Assembly (NCBI GenBank): GCA_002385575.1
Contig: DGDS01000002.1
Span: forward strand, 29,371 to 93,370
Direction: 5' to 3'
Origin: Bacillales bacterium UBA3946
Lineage (GTDB): Bacteria; Bacillota_I; Bacilli_A; ML615J-28; CAG-698
DNA: 64,000 nt
The position numbers and the translations under genes are program-made. The stretch's first letter is position 1; every line of letters begins with the position of its first letter. This document shows positions 18,722 through 29,102 of the stretch, in pieces. The notes beneath the pieces are model-generated. The model did no database searches and was not told the origin of the DNA. It saw nothing but the letters and a program-made list of their open reading frames with translations.

Positions 18722-19939
18722 ATGGAAAGATTGGAAAAATACGCCCGGCTGTTGGTCGAGGTCGGTATCAATGTCCAGGAAGGACAAACGGTGGTGATCA
18801 ACGCCCCGGTGGAATGCAAGGACTTTGCCCGGTTGTTGGTCGAAGCGGCCTATAAGAAAGGTGCCGGCCAGGTGATCATGCGCTGGAACGACGAAATCGT
18901 CCAGAAGTATTTCTACACGTACGCGAGCGACGAAACCCTGCAGGAAGTCCCCGAATACATTGTTTCCCAGGCCCGGTACTTCATCGAAAAAAACGCCGCC
19001 ATCATCACAGTCGCGGCACCGACCCCAGGATTGCTCAAGGATATCGATCCGCGGAAGATCCAGCTTTTCACGGTGGCGTCGAGTCAGAAACTTGATTTTT
19101 ACCGCGAACACATGATGGGCAACGGTGCCCAGTGGTGCGTCGCCTCTTATCCGACGAAAGAATGGGCGGAAAAAGTGTTTTCCGACGAGGGCGCGTTTGA
19201 CCGCCTTCTCGACGCAATTCTTTCCGCTTCGCGCGTCCAGGCCGACAACGATCCGGTCGCGGAATGGCAAGCGCATATCGAAAACCTGGCCCGCCGGAAC
19301 AAGATCCTCAACGATTATGATTTCGAATCGCTTCATTTTGAAAACTCCCTGGGCACCGATTTGACCGTCGGGCTTGCCGAAGGCCATATCTGGGCCGGCG
19401 GCGGCGAAGTGGCGAAAAACGGCGTGGCTTTCGCCCCGAACATCCCGACCGAGGAAACATTCACGATGCCGCACAAGTACCGGGTGAACGGGAAGGTGGT
19501 TGCCACCAAACCCCTCAACTACAACGGCAAGCTGATCGAGGACTTCTACCTGGTCTTCAAAGACGGCAAGGTCGTTGAATATGACGCCGGCAAGGAAAAA
19601 GAATCATTGAAGAACCTGCTGGAAATCGATGAAGGCAGTTCATATCTTGGCGAAGTCGCCCTGATTCCCTTTGATTCGCCGATCGCCAACACCGGCATCC
19701 TCTTTTACAATACCCTCTTTGACGAAAATGCTTCCTGCCACCTGGCGCTTGGCTGCGCTTATCCGATGAACCTCAAGGGAAGCGAGGAGATGACGGAAGA
19801 AGAGATGAAGGCCAAAGGATACAACAAGTCGATGACCCACGAGGACTTCATGTTTGGCAGCGCCGATATGAAGATCACCGGCACGACGCACGACGGTAAA
19901 AAAGTTGTGATCTTCAAGGACGGCAATTTCGTTTTCTAA
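18722..19939 (+). CDS. ampS: Aminopeptidase AmpS/PepS (peptidase family M29)
   Basis: Full-length M29 thermophilic-aminopeptidase-like sequence. GGAGG RBS and ATG at 18722. Confidence 0.8.
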   Translation: MERLEKYARLLVEVGINVQEGQTVVINAPVECKDFARLLVEAAYKKGAGQVIMRWNDEIVQKYFYTYASDETLQEVPEYIVSQARYFIEKNAAIITVAAPTPGLLKDIDPRKIQLFTVASSQKLDFYREHMMGNGAQWCVASYPTKEWAEKVFSDEGAFDRLLDAILSASRVQADNDPVAEWQAHIENLARRNKILNDYDFESLHFENSLGTDLTVGLAEGHIWAGGGEVAKNGVAFAPNIPTEETFTMPHKYRVNGKVVATKPLNYNGKLIEDFYLVFKDGKVVEYDAGKEKESLKNLLEIDEGSSYLGEVALIPFDSPIANTGILFYNTLFDENASCHLALGCAYPMNLKGSEEMTEEEMKAKGYNKSMTHEDFMFGSADMKITGTTHDGKKVVIFKDGNFVF

Positions 19940-20080
19940 AAACAGAAAAATTAAGGTGAAGCTAAAAGGCTTTGCCTTTTTGTTTTGTCATGACATATTG
20001 AGGATTCATGCAATAGGGTTACCCGCTTTTTTGTGTTGCCCAATTTTGTCTTCTTTCATACTATAATACGAGGTGAAAAA

Positions 20081-21346
20081 GTGGAGAAATTCCATTTAAT
20101 CGGCATCAAGGGAACGGGGATGTCCGCCCTGGCGGGAATCCTGAAGGATCTGGGACATGTCGTCACGGGGAGCGACGTTGCGGAGGATTTCTTTACCGCC
20201 AAGAAACTCAAGGCGAAGAAAATCAGGACGCTGCCGTTTTCCGAAGCCAATATCCGTCCCGGTAAGACATATATCGCGAGCAGTTGTTATCGGGACGATC
20301 ATGTCGAAGTCGCCGCCGTGAAAAACCAGGGGCTCCCTTTTTATTACTACCATGAATTCATCGAAAGTTTTTTTACCGCACCGAAAATCGGCGTTTCCGG
20401 AACCCATGGGAAGACGACGACCACAAGCCTGATCGCGAAGTTCTTCGAGGATCGGAAGGTAACGTATCTGATCGGGGATGGGACGGGAAAGGGAACCAAG
20501 GACGCGGAATATTTCATATTCGAAGCCTGCGAATATCGCAACCATCTTTTGCAATACCGGTGTGATTACCTGGTCATCAACAATATCGATTTCGACCACC
20601 CGGACTTTTTCCAATCGATCGACGCGGTGCTTGCAACTTTTCAAAAGGCGGCGGATAATTCCCGGCACCTGATCATCAACGCCGACGACGAGCATTGCGC
20701 GAAGATCGCGCACCCCGATAAAACGACCTTCGGCATGAACGAAGCCGATGTCCGCGGCCGGATCATCGAGGAACACAGGGCAGGATATATCCTGGAAGCG
20801 GATGTTAAGGGAGAAAAATACGAGTACTATCTTCCGTTTGCCGGGACGCACATGATTTACAATTTCCTCGCGGCCCTGACCGTCTGTTACCTGCACGGGA
20901 TTGATTTGCCGTCGCTTCAGGATAAACTGCTCGATTACCAGCGGCCTTCCCGGCGCATGGAGGAGTACTTCTATTACGACAACGTCATCATCGACGATTA
21001 TGCCCATCATCCGCGGGAAATCAAGATGTGCCTGGACGCCATCCGGCAAAGCTACCCGGACAAGGAAATCGTCGTCATCTTCCAGCCCCATACCTACAGC
21101 CGCACCATGCAAATGAAAAAAGCATTCCGGGAAGCCCTGTCCGGGGTCAAACTATATCTTGCCAGGACGTTTTCCTCAAAGCGGGAAGCCGAGAACCGGC
21201 ACCTTGAGACCGCCGTCTTCCGTATTTTTCCCGGGGCGAAAAGGTTCCATGAGAAAAGCTTGCGGGAAATCCGAAAACTCCGCAATTCGGTGATACTGTT
21301 CCTGGGCGCCGGAAACATTGACAAATATATCAAACAATTGTTATGA
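20081..21346 (+). CDS. murC: UDP-N-acetylmuramate--L-alanine ligase
   Basis: HLIGIKGTGMSALA P-loop and Mur ligase domains. GTG start at 20081, preceded by a TATAAT box and an AGGTGA RBS. Confidence 0.9.
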   Translation: MEKFHLIGIKGTGMSALAGILKDLGHVVTGSDVAEDFFTAKKLKAKKIRTLPFSEANIRPGKTYIASSCYRDDHVEVAAVKNQGLPFYYYHEFIESFFTAPKIGVSGTHGKTTTTSLIAKFFEDRKVTYLIGDGTGKGTKDAEYFIFEACEYRNHLLQYRCDYLVINNIDFDHPDFFQSIDAVLATFQKAADNSRHLIINADDEHCAKIAHPDKTTFGMNEADVRGRIIEEHRAGYILEADVKGEKYEYYLPFAGTHMIYNFLAALTVCYLHGIDLPSLQDKLLDYQRPSRRMEEYFYYDNVIIDDYAHHPREIKMCLDAIRQSYPDKEIVVIFQPHTYSRTMQMKKAFREALSGVKLYLARTFSSKREAENRHLETAVFRIFPGAKRFHEKSLREIRKLRNSVILFLGAGNIDKYIKQLL

Positions 21347-21401
21347 AAATACTTGCAATTATTTTCATTGTATGATAATATTATTATAATAGTGAAAAGA
21401 G

Positions 21402-22412
21402 GTGAAAAAGATGAATCAAGTGAAAATTTATGACATCGCAGGTGCTGCCGGAGTAAGCTTGGCCACCGTTTCCCGTGTTCTTAATCACCCGGAAAAGGTC
21501 AAGGAATCAACGCGGGCGCGGGTTTTAAAGATCATCAAGGAAAAAGGATACAAACCCAACGCCAACGCCCGTGGTCTGGCAAGCAGACGCTCAACAACCG
21601 TCGCGATTGTTGTGCCGCGGATAACGAGAGCATCAGTAGCGGAAATGATTCAGGGCATTGATGACAGCGCAAAGAAATACGGTTACACCCTTCGCTTGTT
21701 CATCGGCGCCGACACCGATTTGCAACGGGATCTGTGGGGTGACGTCATCGCCTCCAGCGTAGATGGCATCCTGTTCATGAACGACGAGATGACGCCCGAG
21801 ACGTACAACCTGTTACAGAAAACCCCTGTTCCCGTGGTCTTTGTTAACGCCATATCGCAAACGTCAAAGTATGCCAGCGTGGTAATCGAGTATGAAAAAT
21901 GCGCATACGAAATCACCAAGGAAATGATCAGGCGCGGAAACAAAAAGATCCTCTTCATCTCAACCGAGCACAAGTACACCGTGAATGATCTGAAGCAGAA
22001 GGGTTATGAAAGGGCGATGCGCGAGCATAACCTGACGCCCGACATCATCTATTCCAGCGGCGACTTGAACATCAACGAGAAGGACTTCTCCGACTACCTC
22101 GACAAGAAAGTGCCGGAAGTCGCCATGGCGGTCCGCGACTCCATGGCCATATCCTTCATGAACCTCGCCATCAAGAAAGGACACAAGGTTCCCGACGACG
22201 TGCAGGTAATCGGTTTCCAGAACACGCGTTACGCCGTCCTGGCCAATCCGAAGCTGACCTGCGTCGAGATCCCCATTTATGAAATCGGGACCAAGGCGAT
22301 GTCGTTTTTGACCGAATTGATGAAGCAAAACGGCGAAGGCCAGAAATTACAAAAAGAGTATCCGAACATTTACGTGCCCTATCAGATTATTTGGCGCGAA
22401 TCAACGAAATAA
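21402..22412 (+). CDS. LacI-family transcriptional regulator, CcpA-like
   Basis: HTH IYDIAGAAGVSLATVSRVLN plus a periplasmic-binding-fold domain. It is co-linear with CcpA to the C-terminal ...RESTK, and ccpA lies near tyrS/murC in Bacillus. Confidence 0.6.
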   Translation: MKKMNQVKIYDIAGAAGVSLATVSRVLNHPEKVKESTRARVLKIIKEKGYKPNANARGLASRRSTTVAIVVPRITRASVAEMIQGIDDSAKKYGYTLRLFIGADTDLQRDLWGDVIASSVDGILFMNDEMTPETYNLLQKTPVPVVFVNAISQTSKYASVVIEYEKCAYEITKEMIRRGNKKILFISTEHKYTVNDLKQKGYERAMREHNLTPDIIYSSGDLNINEKDFSDYLDKKVPEVAMAVRDSMAISFMNLAIKKGHKVPDDVQVIGFQNTRYAVLANPKLTCVEIPIYEIGTKAMSFLTELMKQNGEGQKLQKEYPNIYVPYQIIWRESTK

Positions 22413-22462
22413 TAAAAAGAATATCCTTAGATCACATCTAAGGATGTTCTTAATCTAGGAGG

Positions 22463-23731
22463 ATGGAAATGACTTTATTGGAAGAGCTTAAGTGGCGCGG
22501 ACTCATTTACGACATCATCAACGAAGAAGAATTGGCGAAACGGCTAGCGGAAAAACCGGTCACGCTTTACTGCGGTTTTGATCCAACGGCTGAAAGCATG
22601 CATATCGGCTCGCTATTGCCGATTGTGACGCTGTTGCGCTTCCTCAAGGCCGGACACCGCGTCATCGTTTTGATCGGCGGGGGGACGGGTTTGATCGGCG
22701 ATCCGAGCGGGAAAAAGAGCGCCCGAACGATGAACGACGTGGAGACCGTCAGACAATGGGTTGACGCCTTCCGCAAGCAATTTTCGCGTTTCTTTAATTT
22801 TGACAATAAAACCTGCTTCCTGAAAAACAACTACGAGTGGCTGGGCGAGATGAAGGCCATCGACATGTGGCGCGATTATGGCCAGCACTTCAACATCAAC
22901 ATCATGCTGGCGAAGGAATCGGTCAAGTCCCGGTTGGAGACCGGTCTCACATATCTTGAATTCTCCTACATGGTGATGCAAAGCATCGATTTCCTCCATA
23001 TGTACCTTGACCCCGAACTGCATTGCGAACTGCAGATCGGCGGCCAGGACCAATGGGGAAACATCACTGCCGGCATCGATCTGATCAGGAAGATCGCCGG
23101 CCCACAGGCCCAGGCCTTCGGTCTGACCGTTCCGCTCATCACCAAGAGCGACGGCACCAAATTCGGAAAAACCGAATCGGGAACGGTCTGGCTGGACGAG
23201 AACCTGACTACTCCCTATGAATTGTATCAGTTTCTTATCAACACGGCCGACGCTGATGTAATCAGGTTTTTGAAATACTATACCTTCCTGAGCAAGGAAG
23301 AAATCGAAAACCTGGCAGAAAAGGTGCAGACCGAGCCGCATTTGCGGGAGGCGCAACGCGCCCTGGCCCGCGAGGTCATGCTGCTCGTACACGGCGAGGA
23401 AGCCTACAAGCAGGCCGTCAGGGTTTCCGAATCGCTCTTCAGCGGCAACATCAAATCCCTTGACGTGAAGGATATCGCGATGGGCTTCAAGGACGTTCCG
23501 TCCGTTGCCGTCAACGGCGATATCAACATCGTCGAGGCGCTCGTCGCCGTTAACGCCGCCTCAAGCAAGCGGGCGGCGCGCGAGTTCATCGCCAACGGCG
23601 CCGTCAGCGTCAACGGCGACATCGTCCGGGACATCGATTACGTCGTGAAGGCCGATGAAGCGTTCGGCTCCATTTACTCCGTGATTAGGCGCGGGAAGAA
23701 AAACTACTTCCTGATCAGACACCAGAAATAA
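22463..23731 (+). CDS. tyrS: Tyrosyl-tRNA synthetase
   Basis: HIGS motif (MHIGSLLP), KFGKT (the KMSKS equivalent) and a C-terminal S4 domain. No T-box leader, because the upstream gap is only about 50 nt. Confidence 0.9.
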   Translation: MEMTLLEELKWRGLIYDIINEEELAKRLAEKPVTLYCGFDPTAESMHIGSLLPIVTLLRFLKAGHRVIVLIGGGTGLIGDPSGKKSARTMNDVETVRQWVDAFRKQFSRFFNFDNKTCFLKNNYEWLGEMKAIDMWRDYGQHFNINIMLAKESVKSRLETGLTYLEFSYMVMQSIDFLHMYLDPELHCELQIGGQDQWGNITAGIDLIRKIAGPQAQAFGLTVPLITKSDGTKFGKTESGTVWLDENLTTPYELYQFLINTADADVIRFLKYYTFLSKEEIENLAEKVQTEPHLREAQRALAREVMLLVHGEEAYKQAVRVSESLFSGNIKSLDVKDIAMGFKDVPSVAVNGDINIVEALVAVNAASSKRAAREFIANGAVSVNGDIVRDIDYVVKADEAFGSIYSVIRRGKKNYFLIRHQK

Positions 23732-23736
23732 CGCAA

Positions 23737-23770
23737 AAAGAAAAAGGTGATTCACTCACCTTTTTTTATT
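23737..23770. terminator. Bidirectional terminator between the convergent tyrS and trpS
   Basis: AAAAAGGTGATTCACTCACCTTTTTTT. Confidence 0.7.
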
Positions 23771-24767
23771 GCCGGCGGGTCAGGCCGACTTTTTGGTACA
23801 CTTCCCTGATTTTCTTGCCGGCGACTTCCCTGGCGTATTCGCGACCGGCGTCGAGGATTTCGTCGAGCTTCCCGGAAGCGATGATTTCATTGTATCTTTC
23901 CTGGATGGCGCCGACTGTTTGGACGACGATTTCGGCTAGATCGCCTTTGAAGGCGCCGTAGCTACCGGAAGCGTATTTTTGCTCGATTTCCTTATAGGAA
24001 AGACCCGTCAGGGCCGAATAGATGGTCATGAGGTTCGAGATGCCCGGTTTTTTCGCCTTGTTGTAGTGGATCTTGTTCTCAGAATCGGTGACGGCGCTCT
24101 TGATCTTCTTTCTGATGGAGTCAAGCGGCTCGAGGAGGAAGATGCAGCCGCGGTTGTTCGCTTCCGACTTATCCATCTTCTTGGTCGGATCCTGCAGATC
24201 CATGATTCGCGCTCCGGTCTCGGTCATCAATACGTCGGGGACGACGAAGGTCTCGCCATAGCGGTTATTGAAGCGCTCGGCAAGGTTGCGGGCAAGTTCC
24301 AGGTGCTGTTTCTGGTCTTCGCCGACGGGAACGTAGTTTGCATCGTAAAGCAATATGTCGGCAGCCATCAGCGCCGGGTAATTGAAGAGGGCGACCGGGA
24401 TTCCGCCCTTTTGTTTTTTCGCCTTGTCCTTATATTGCGTCATCCGCTCCAATTCGCCCATGTAAGCAAGCGACTGAAGCACGTAGCACAATTCTGCGTG
24501 CTCCGGGACTTCGGATTGGACGAAAAATGACGCGTTATCCATCGTCACTCCGCACGCCAGATACAGCGCCGCGACGATCCTTATATTTTTGCGCAGTTCT
24601 TCGACGTCGTGCGGAACGGTGATGGCGTGCAGGTCGGCGACGAAGAACACGAAATGATAGTCCTTCATTTCTTTTTGCAGGCGCGAGAAATTCCTGAGCG
24701 CGCCGATATAATTACCCAGGGTCGGGATTCCGGACGGTTTGACCCCCGATAACACCACTTTTTTCAT
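23766..24767 (-). CDS. trpS: Tryptophanyl-tRNA synthetase
   Basis: Co-linear with B. subtilis TrpS (PSGIPTLGNYIGA..., KMDKSE). The promoter TTGACA-17-TATAAT lies on the minus strand at about 24840-24870, with a short leader and no T-box. Confidence 0.9.
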   Translation of the reverse strand: MKKVVLSGVKPSGIPTLGNYIGALRNFSRLQKEMKDYHFVFFVADLHAITVPHDVEELRKNIRIVAALYLACGVTMDNASFFVQSEVPEHAELCYVLQSLAYMGELERMTQYKDKAKKQKGGIPVALFNYPALMAADILLYDANYVPVGEDQKQHLELARNLAERFNNRYGETFVVPDVLMTETGARIMDLQDPTKKMDKSEANNRGCIFLLEPLDSIRKKIKSAVTDSENKIHYNKAKKPGISNLMTIYSALTGLSYKEIEQKYASGSYGAFKGDLAEIVVQTVGAIQERYNEIIASGKLDEILDAGREYAREVAGKKIREVYQKVGLTRRQ

Positions 24768-25020
24768 AAACAGGCCTCTATTACTCCTCTGGTACGGTTG
24801 TTAGTCGTGTATTTACAATATATTATAATCGATGGCGGGGTTGTTGTCAAACTTTTATTTGCAATCGACAGTGAAAGCGTTTAACAAGTGATTTTAGGGC
24901 GTTCGAAACGCAATATAAAACGCTTACAAAAAAAATTCTTCTTGACATTGCATATATAAGTTATTATAATAATATAAAAACCTTCACAGGATAATAAAAA
25001 AGGGAGGAAAAAAAGAAGTC

Positions 25021-28000
25021 ATGAAAAAGCTTTTTGGCGTATTTATGCTGCTTGTTGCCGCATTCGCCTTATACGCTTGCGATGATAAAGCAGGCGATGA
25101 CGAATTCAGCGGCGTGCTTATCGAAGGCCGAAGCCATTTTCTTCTGACTGACGAAGGCGTCGAGTTAGAAGCAAAATTGATTGGCAGCGATGAAAATGTG
25201 GAATTCACTTGGAAATCATCTGATACAAGTGTTTTGGAAGTTGCCCCAAAGGAGGACGGCGACAATACAGATACCTCGATCGGTGTCGTGAAGCCGAAGA
25301 AACTTGGGAAAGCGAAGTTGACAGTAACAGTAAAAGGCAAGAAAAACCTGCAAGGGTTCCTCAATGTTGAGGTTAAAGAGGAACTGGTAAAACCCGAAAA
25401 GGTAGTGCTGTACTACTTAGGCGGATACGAAGCATTCCTCGATTCCGAAGTCCCGTTTGCGGCTAAGGTCTATCCCGAAGGAGCAGACCCGCAGATTTAC
25501 TGGGAAACGTCCGACGAAGTGAGTGCTCCCATCCAGGCGCAGGGCTTGTCGGTATTGTCTTCGTTCATGCTGGATAACAGCATTAACTGGTCTTTCGCGA
25601 AGATCACGGGTAAGATTACCGGTGAAGTAACCGTGACGGCCTATGCCGCCGGCGCCGAAGTGTTCCCGGATCCGGAAGATGCCGAGAAACCTTTGGTTGT
25701 TGAGGCTTCGGTTGATGTCAACATTCTCAGCCATATTGACGTCGAAGGCGATTCCGAAATCAAAGTTGGCGGTACTGCCCAATTATCAGCGACCGTCAAC
25801 AACACAATAGAATATAAAAACGAAATCACCTGGTCTTCTTCCGACGCGACGGTAGCCAGCGTTGATGCGAACGGTCTTGTCACTGCGAAAAAGATTGGAA
25901 AAGCCGTCATCACGGCTTCAGCGCCGGCGAGATTTGGCTCCGGCACGAAATCGGTGTTGTATCCGATCGAAGTTTTGACGGAGTATGATGCTGATGAATT
26001 GGCCGGCGGCGCGGAAGGCATCAGGGTAAGCTTCAAGTATGCCAGCGCCGAAGTCAAAGCCAAGATCCTGGCCGCTCTCGAAAGACATTTGATTAACAGA
26101 GGCGCCAGTATTCCTGTCATCAACAACAGTGGCGTGGTCGTTTATTCCGAACGCGTAACGTTACCGACGGAGAAATATGTCCCGTTGATGGGCTTTGGCG
26201 CGTTGTACGGTGAATTGGCCGACAACGACGTTGAACACCCGTATCGCACGTATACAACGGCCGACCCGAAGACCTTCAACCATCTGATGTATAAAGACTC
26301 CATCGAGTCTGACATGTTGAGCCTGATCGAGTTGTCGTTGTTCTCGTTCGAATTTGTCGACAGTGATGATAACGGCTTATACGACAGTTATGCATTGCTC
26401 CCGTCTGCAGCAGCGAAGTTTGCCGAACCGGTTGAATTTAATGAAGAAACCGGTGAATGGGAAGTCATCGAAGACTTCGATTATGACAACGACGCTGCCG
26501 AAGCCTGGAAGATCACGTTGCGCGACAACCTGTTCTGGGTTGACAATAACGGACACCAGCAAGGACAGATTACGGCCGAAGACTTCGTCTATACCTATCA
26601 GATGGCGCTTGACCCCGTGCAACAGAACTCCCGCGCGAACTACTTCTACAGCGCAGCCGGTCTGCCGATTAAGAACGCTGAGGCCTATTACAAGCAATGG
26701 GACGATAAGAAGACCCCCCATGCTCCAGCCAAGGGTCTTGCGGACGGCAATTACGAGTATGTCAAGTGGAGCGAAGTTGGCGTTCACAAGGTTGACGATC
26801 TTGCGTTCGTCCTTGAATTGAGCCAGGCTTATCAGCAATGGGATATCCATTACAACACGAGCGGCTTCCTCTTCAGCCCGGTTTACAAACCGTTGTTCGA
26901 AGCTGGGTTTGGTAATGATCCCAACCGCAAGTCGACCAACTATGGCTCAGCGCTTGATAAGTTCATGAGCAGTGGTCCGTACTATCTGTCTTATCGCGAG
27001 ACTGAGAAAGAGTACAGATTCACGAAGAACCAGCACTATACCTACAACGAAGGCTGCCCGGAAATGACGCCTGCGGCGATCAAGTACACGATCGTTAAAG
27101 ACGCCAATGCGGCGATTGAGCTCTTTGAAAAAGATCAATTGGATTCCGTGAGCATTCCGGCAACCCACTATGACCAATATAAGAACCATGCGGGCTTGAA
27201 GAAGGCCCCGGGTGCCACTTCGTTCCGTTTCACCGTTAACCGTATGACGCAGGCCGAGTCGGATCTGTTATTCGGTATCGGTGCTTGGAAAGTGAAACCC
27301 ATTCTCCAGGAAGATGATTTCATGTGGGCGCTCTACTTTGCAATGGACCGCAACGAAATCGAGAACATCAGTAAGACCTATACGCCCGAACAATTCTACT
27401 TCACACAGGCGTACGTCGTCGACCCGAAAGCTGGTGAAGCGTACCGCGATACTGATGCCGGTAAGCAAGTTGGCGTAGGAATCTTCAAAGACGACGTCAA
27501 CCTGAGTACCGAAACCTTAGGCGTGAACAAAGAATTGGCAACTAGCTACTATGTCAAAGCTCTTGACAGCATGATTGCGAAAGGCGTGATTACCGAAGGT
27601 ACGGCGAGCAAGAAGACGGTCATCGAAGTCGAGATCGCGGCGTTCGATAGCGTCACTTGGACCAACATCATTGAATACCTTGCGGAAGACATGGCTGCGA
27701 CATTCAATGCTCAGACCAAATATCCGAACATTGAAATCAAGTTCATCCCCTCTCCGCAACCCGGTATGAACGTCTACTATGAGAAGCAGATGAAAGGCCG
27801 TTTCGACCTTGCGCTTGCTGGTATCTCCGGCGGTCTGCTTGACCCGATTGGCTTCATGGAATGCTTCTGCGATGACAACCGCAGCGGTCTGATGCTGAGC
27901 TGGGGCTTCAATTCTCACATCCCGGCAATCCTGATCGATCTTGACTTGGATGGCGACGGTAAGAATGACGGACCGAAGTACTGGTCGTTTGATGCCCTGT

Positions 28001-28065
28001 ATTCGGCTTGCGCCGGATCGGTCTTCGTCAAGATGGGCGTCGAAGCTGAAGAACCCAAAGCTTAG
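25021..28065 (+). CDS. Giant lipoprotein: N-terminal Ig-like (Big_2-type) domains fused to an Opp/Dpp-family (cluster C, SBP_bac_5) solute-binding domain
   Basis: Lipobox LYAC|D. Three segments of about 90 aa with Big_2-like signatures (KLGKAKLTVTV, GEVTVTAYAAG, KIGKAVITASA), followed by a roughly 680-aa SBP_bac_5-like domain. First gene of the ABC operon, with a TTGACA-16-TATAAT promoter at about 24943-24970. Confidence 0.7.
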   Translation: MKKLFGVFMLLVAAFALYACDDKAGDDEFSGVLIEGRSHFLLTDEGVELEAKLIGSDENVEFTWKSSDTSVLEVAPKEDGDNTDTSIGVVKPKKLGKAKLTVTVKGKKNLQGFLNVEVKEELVKPEKVVLYYLGGYEAFLDSEVPFAAKVYPEGADPQIYWETSDEVSAPIQAQGLSVLSSFMLDNSINWSFAKITGKITGEVTVTAYAAGAEVFPDPEDAEKPLVVEASVDVNILSHIDVEGDSEIKVGGTAQLSATVNNTIEYKNEITWSSSDATVASVDANGLVTAKKIGKAVITASAPARFGSGTKSVLYPIEVLTEYDADELAGGAEGIRVSFKYASAEVKAKILAALERHLINRGASIPVINNSGVVVYSERVTLPTEKYVPLMGFGALYGELADNDVEHPYRTYTTADPKTFNHLMYKDSIESDMLSLIELSLFSFEFVDSDDNGLYDSYALLPSAAAKFAEPVEFNEETGEWEVIEDFDYDNDAAEAWKITLRDNLFWVDNNGHQQGQITAEDFVYTYQMALDPVQQNSRANYFYSAAGLPIKNAEAYYKQWDDKKTPHAPAKGLADGNYEYVKWSEVGVHKVDDLAFVLELSQAYQQWDIHYNTSGFLFSPVYKPLFEAGFGNDPNRKSTNYGSALDKFMSSGPYYLSYRETEKEYRFTKNQHYTYNEGCPEMTPAAIKYTIVKDANAAIELFEKDQLDSVSIPATHYDQYKNHAGLKKAPGATSFRFTVNRMTQAESDLLFGIGAWKVKPILQEDDFMWALYFAMDRNEIENISKTYTPEQFYFTQAYVVDPKAGEAYRDTDAGKQVGVGIFKDDVNLSTETLGVNKELATSYYVKALDSMIAKGVITEGTASKKTVIEVEIAAFDSVTWTNIIEYLAEDMAATFNAQTKYPNIEIKFIPSPQPGMNVYYEKQMKGRFDLALAGISGGLLDPIGFMECFCDDNRSGLMLSWGFNSHIPAILIDLDLDGDGKNDGPKYWSFDALYSACAGSVFVKMGVEAEEPKA

Positions 28066-28107
28066 AAATAAGCATAGCGGTAATCAAAGAAAGTGATGAA
28101 TAAATTA

Positions 28108-28150
28108 ACGGGCCAACAAAACTATTTTGTTGGCTCGTTATTTTACAGGA
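28108..28150 (+). terminator. Intra-operon attenuator hairpin after the SBP gene
   Basis: GGGCCAACAAAACTATTTTGTTGGCTCG followed by TTATTTT. This is a typical partial terminator that gives SBP excess over the permeases. Confidence 0.55.
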
Positions 28151-28157
28151 GGAATTC

Positions 28158-29102
28158 ATGATCAATTATATTCTTAAAAGGCTTGTCCTGGTCTTCATTA
28201 CCCTATTCATCATTTTGACGTTGTCCTTCTTCCTCATAAAATTATTACCGGACAATACCGAGATGAGTTATTTAATGCAGGAGATGACGCCCGATGACTA
28301 TCGGTTGATGAGACAAAGGTGGGGCTATGACCAACCGTTGTTTGTCCAGTATTTTTATTGGTTGAAAAACATCATTCTGCATTGGGACTGGGGCGTTTCA
28401 ACGCATAAGAGAATAGGAGTTAATACTTTTACCATATTAACGGAAAAATTACCGATTACGATAAGATTGAATCTGATATCGCTTGTTTTTTCAATTCCGT
28501 TGGGGCTGTTGTTCGGAATCGTGGCCGCCTTAAGAAAAAACAAGCCGATCGATTATATAATCTCCGTTTTCGTAATCTTGTTCATATCCATACCTTCATT
28601 CGTTATCGTAACGGTGCTGATGCTGAATGCCGCGGATATGGGACTGCCGATCCAGTATCGACCTAGCGACCAGGTCACGATGAAGGATATGGTAATACCG
28701 GTGCTTTCGTTATCATTCGGCCCGATTGCCACGTTGACGCGTTACACGCGGGCTGAGTTAACGGAAGTGCTGACATCTGACTTTATCCTGCTGGCTCGGA
28801 CAAAAGGCCTTAACCGTTTCCACTCGACGGTAAGACACGCGTTGCGTAACTCGATGGTTCCCCTGGTACCGATCATCATCGGGAACTTTATCGGCATTTT
28901 GTTCGGGTCGCTGGTCATCGAACGCGTTTACGGCGTTCCCGGGGTTGCCGGCATATTGATTGAAGCAATCGACATCAAGGACTATAACCTGACGATGACG
29001 GCCCTGGCTTTCTACACGATAATCGGGTTGATCGCGACTTTGATCGTCGACATGACTTACGGCATCGTCGATCCGCGAATCAGAATGGGGAGTAGAAAAT
29101 GA
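28158..29102 (+). CDS. Oligopeptide ABC transporter permease (OppB/DppB-like)
   Basis: 6-TM BPD_transp_1 fold, 314 aa. Confidence 0.8.
   Translation: MINYILKRLVLVFITLFIILTLSFFLIKLLPDNTEMSYLMQEMTPDDYRLMRQRWGYDQPLFVQYFYWLKNIILHWDWGVSTHKRIGVNTFTILTEKLPITIRLNLISLVFSIPLGLLFGIVAALRKNKPIDYIISVFVILFISIPSFVIVTVLMLNAADMGLPIQYRPSDQVTMKDMVIPVLSLSFGPIATLTRYTRAELTEVLTSDFILLARTKGLNRFHSTVRHALRNSMVPLVPIIIGNFIGILFGSLVIERVYGVPGVAGILIEAIDIKDYNLTMTALAFYTIIGLIATLIVDMTYGIVDPRIRMGSRK

Noticed and set aside
24768-25020. Possible T-box leader upstream of trpS (and of tyrS at 22413-22462).
   Set aside because: No AGGGTGGNACCGCG box. The trpS promoter sits only about 55 nt from its start codon, and the tyrS gap is about 50 nt, so both are too short for a T-box.
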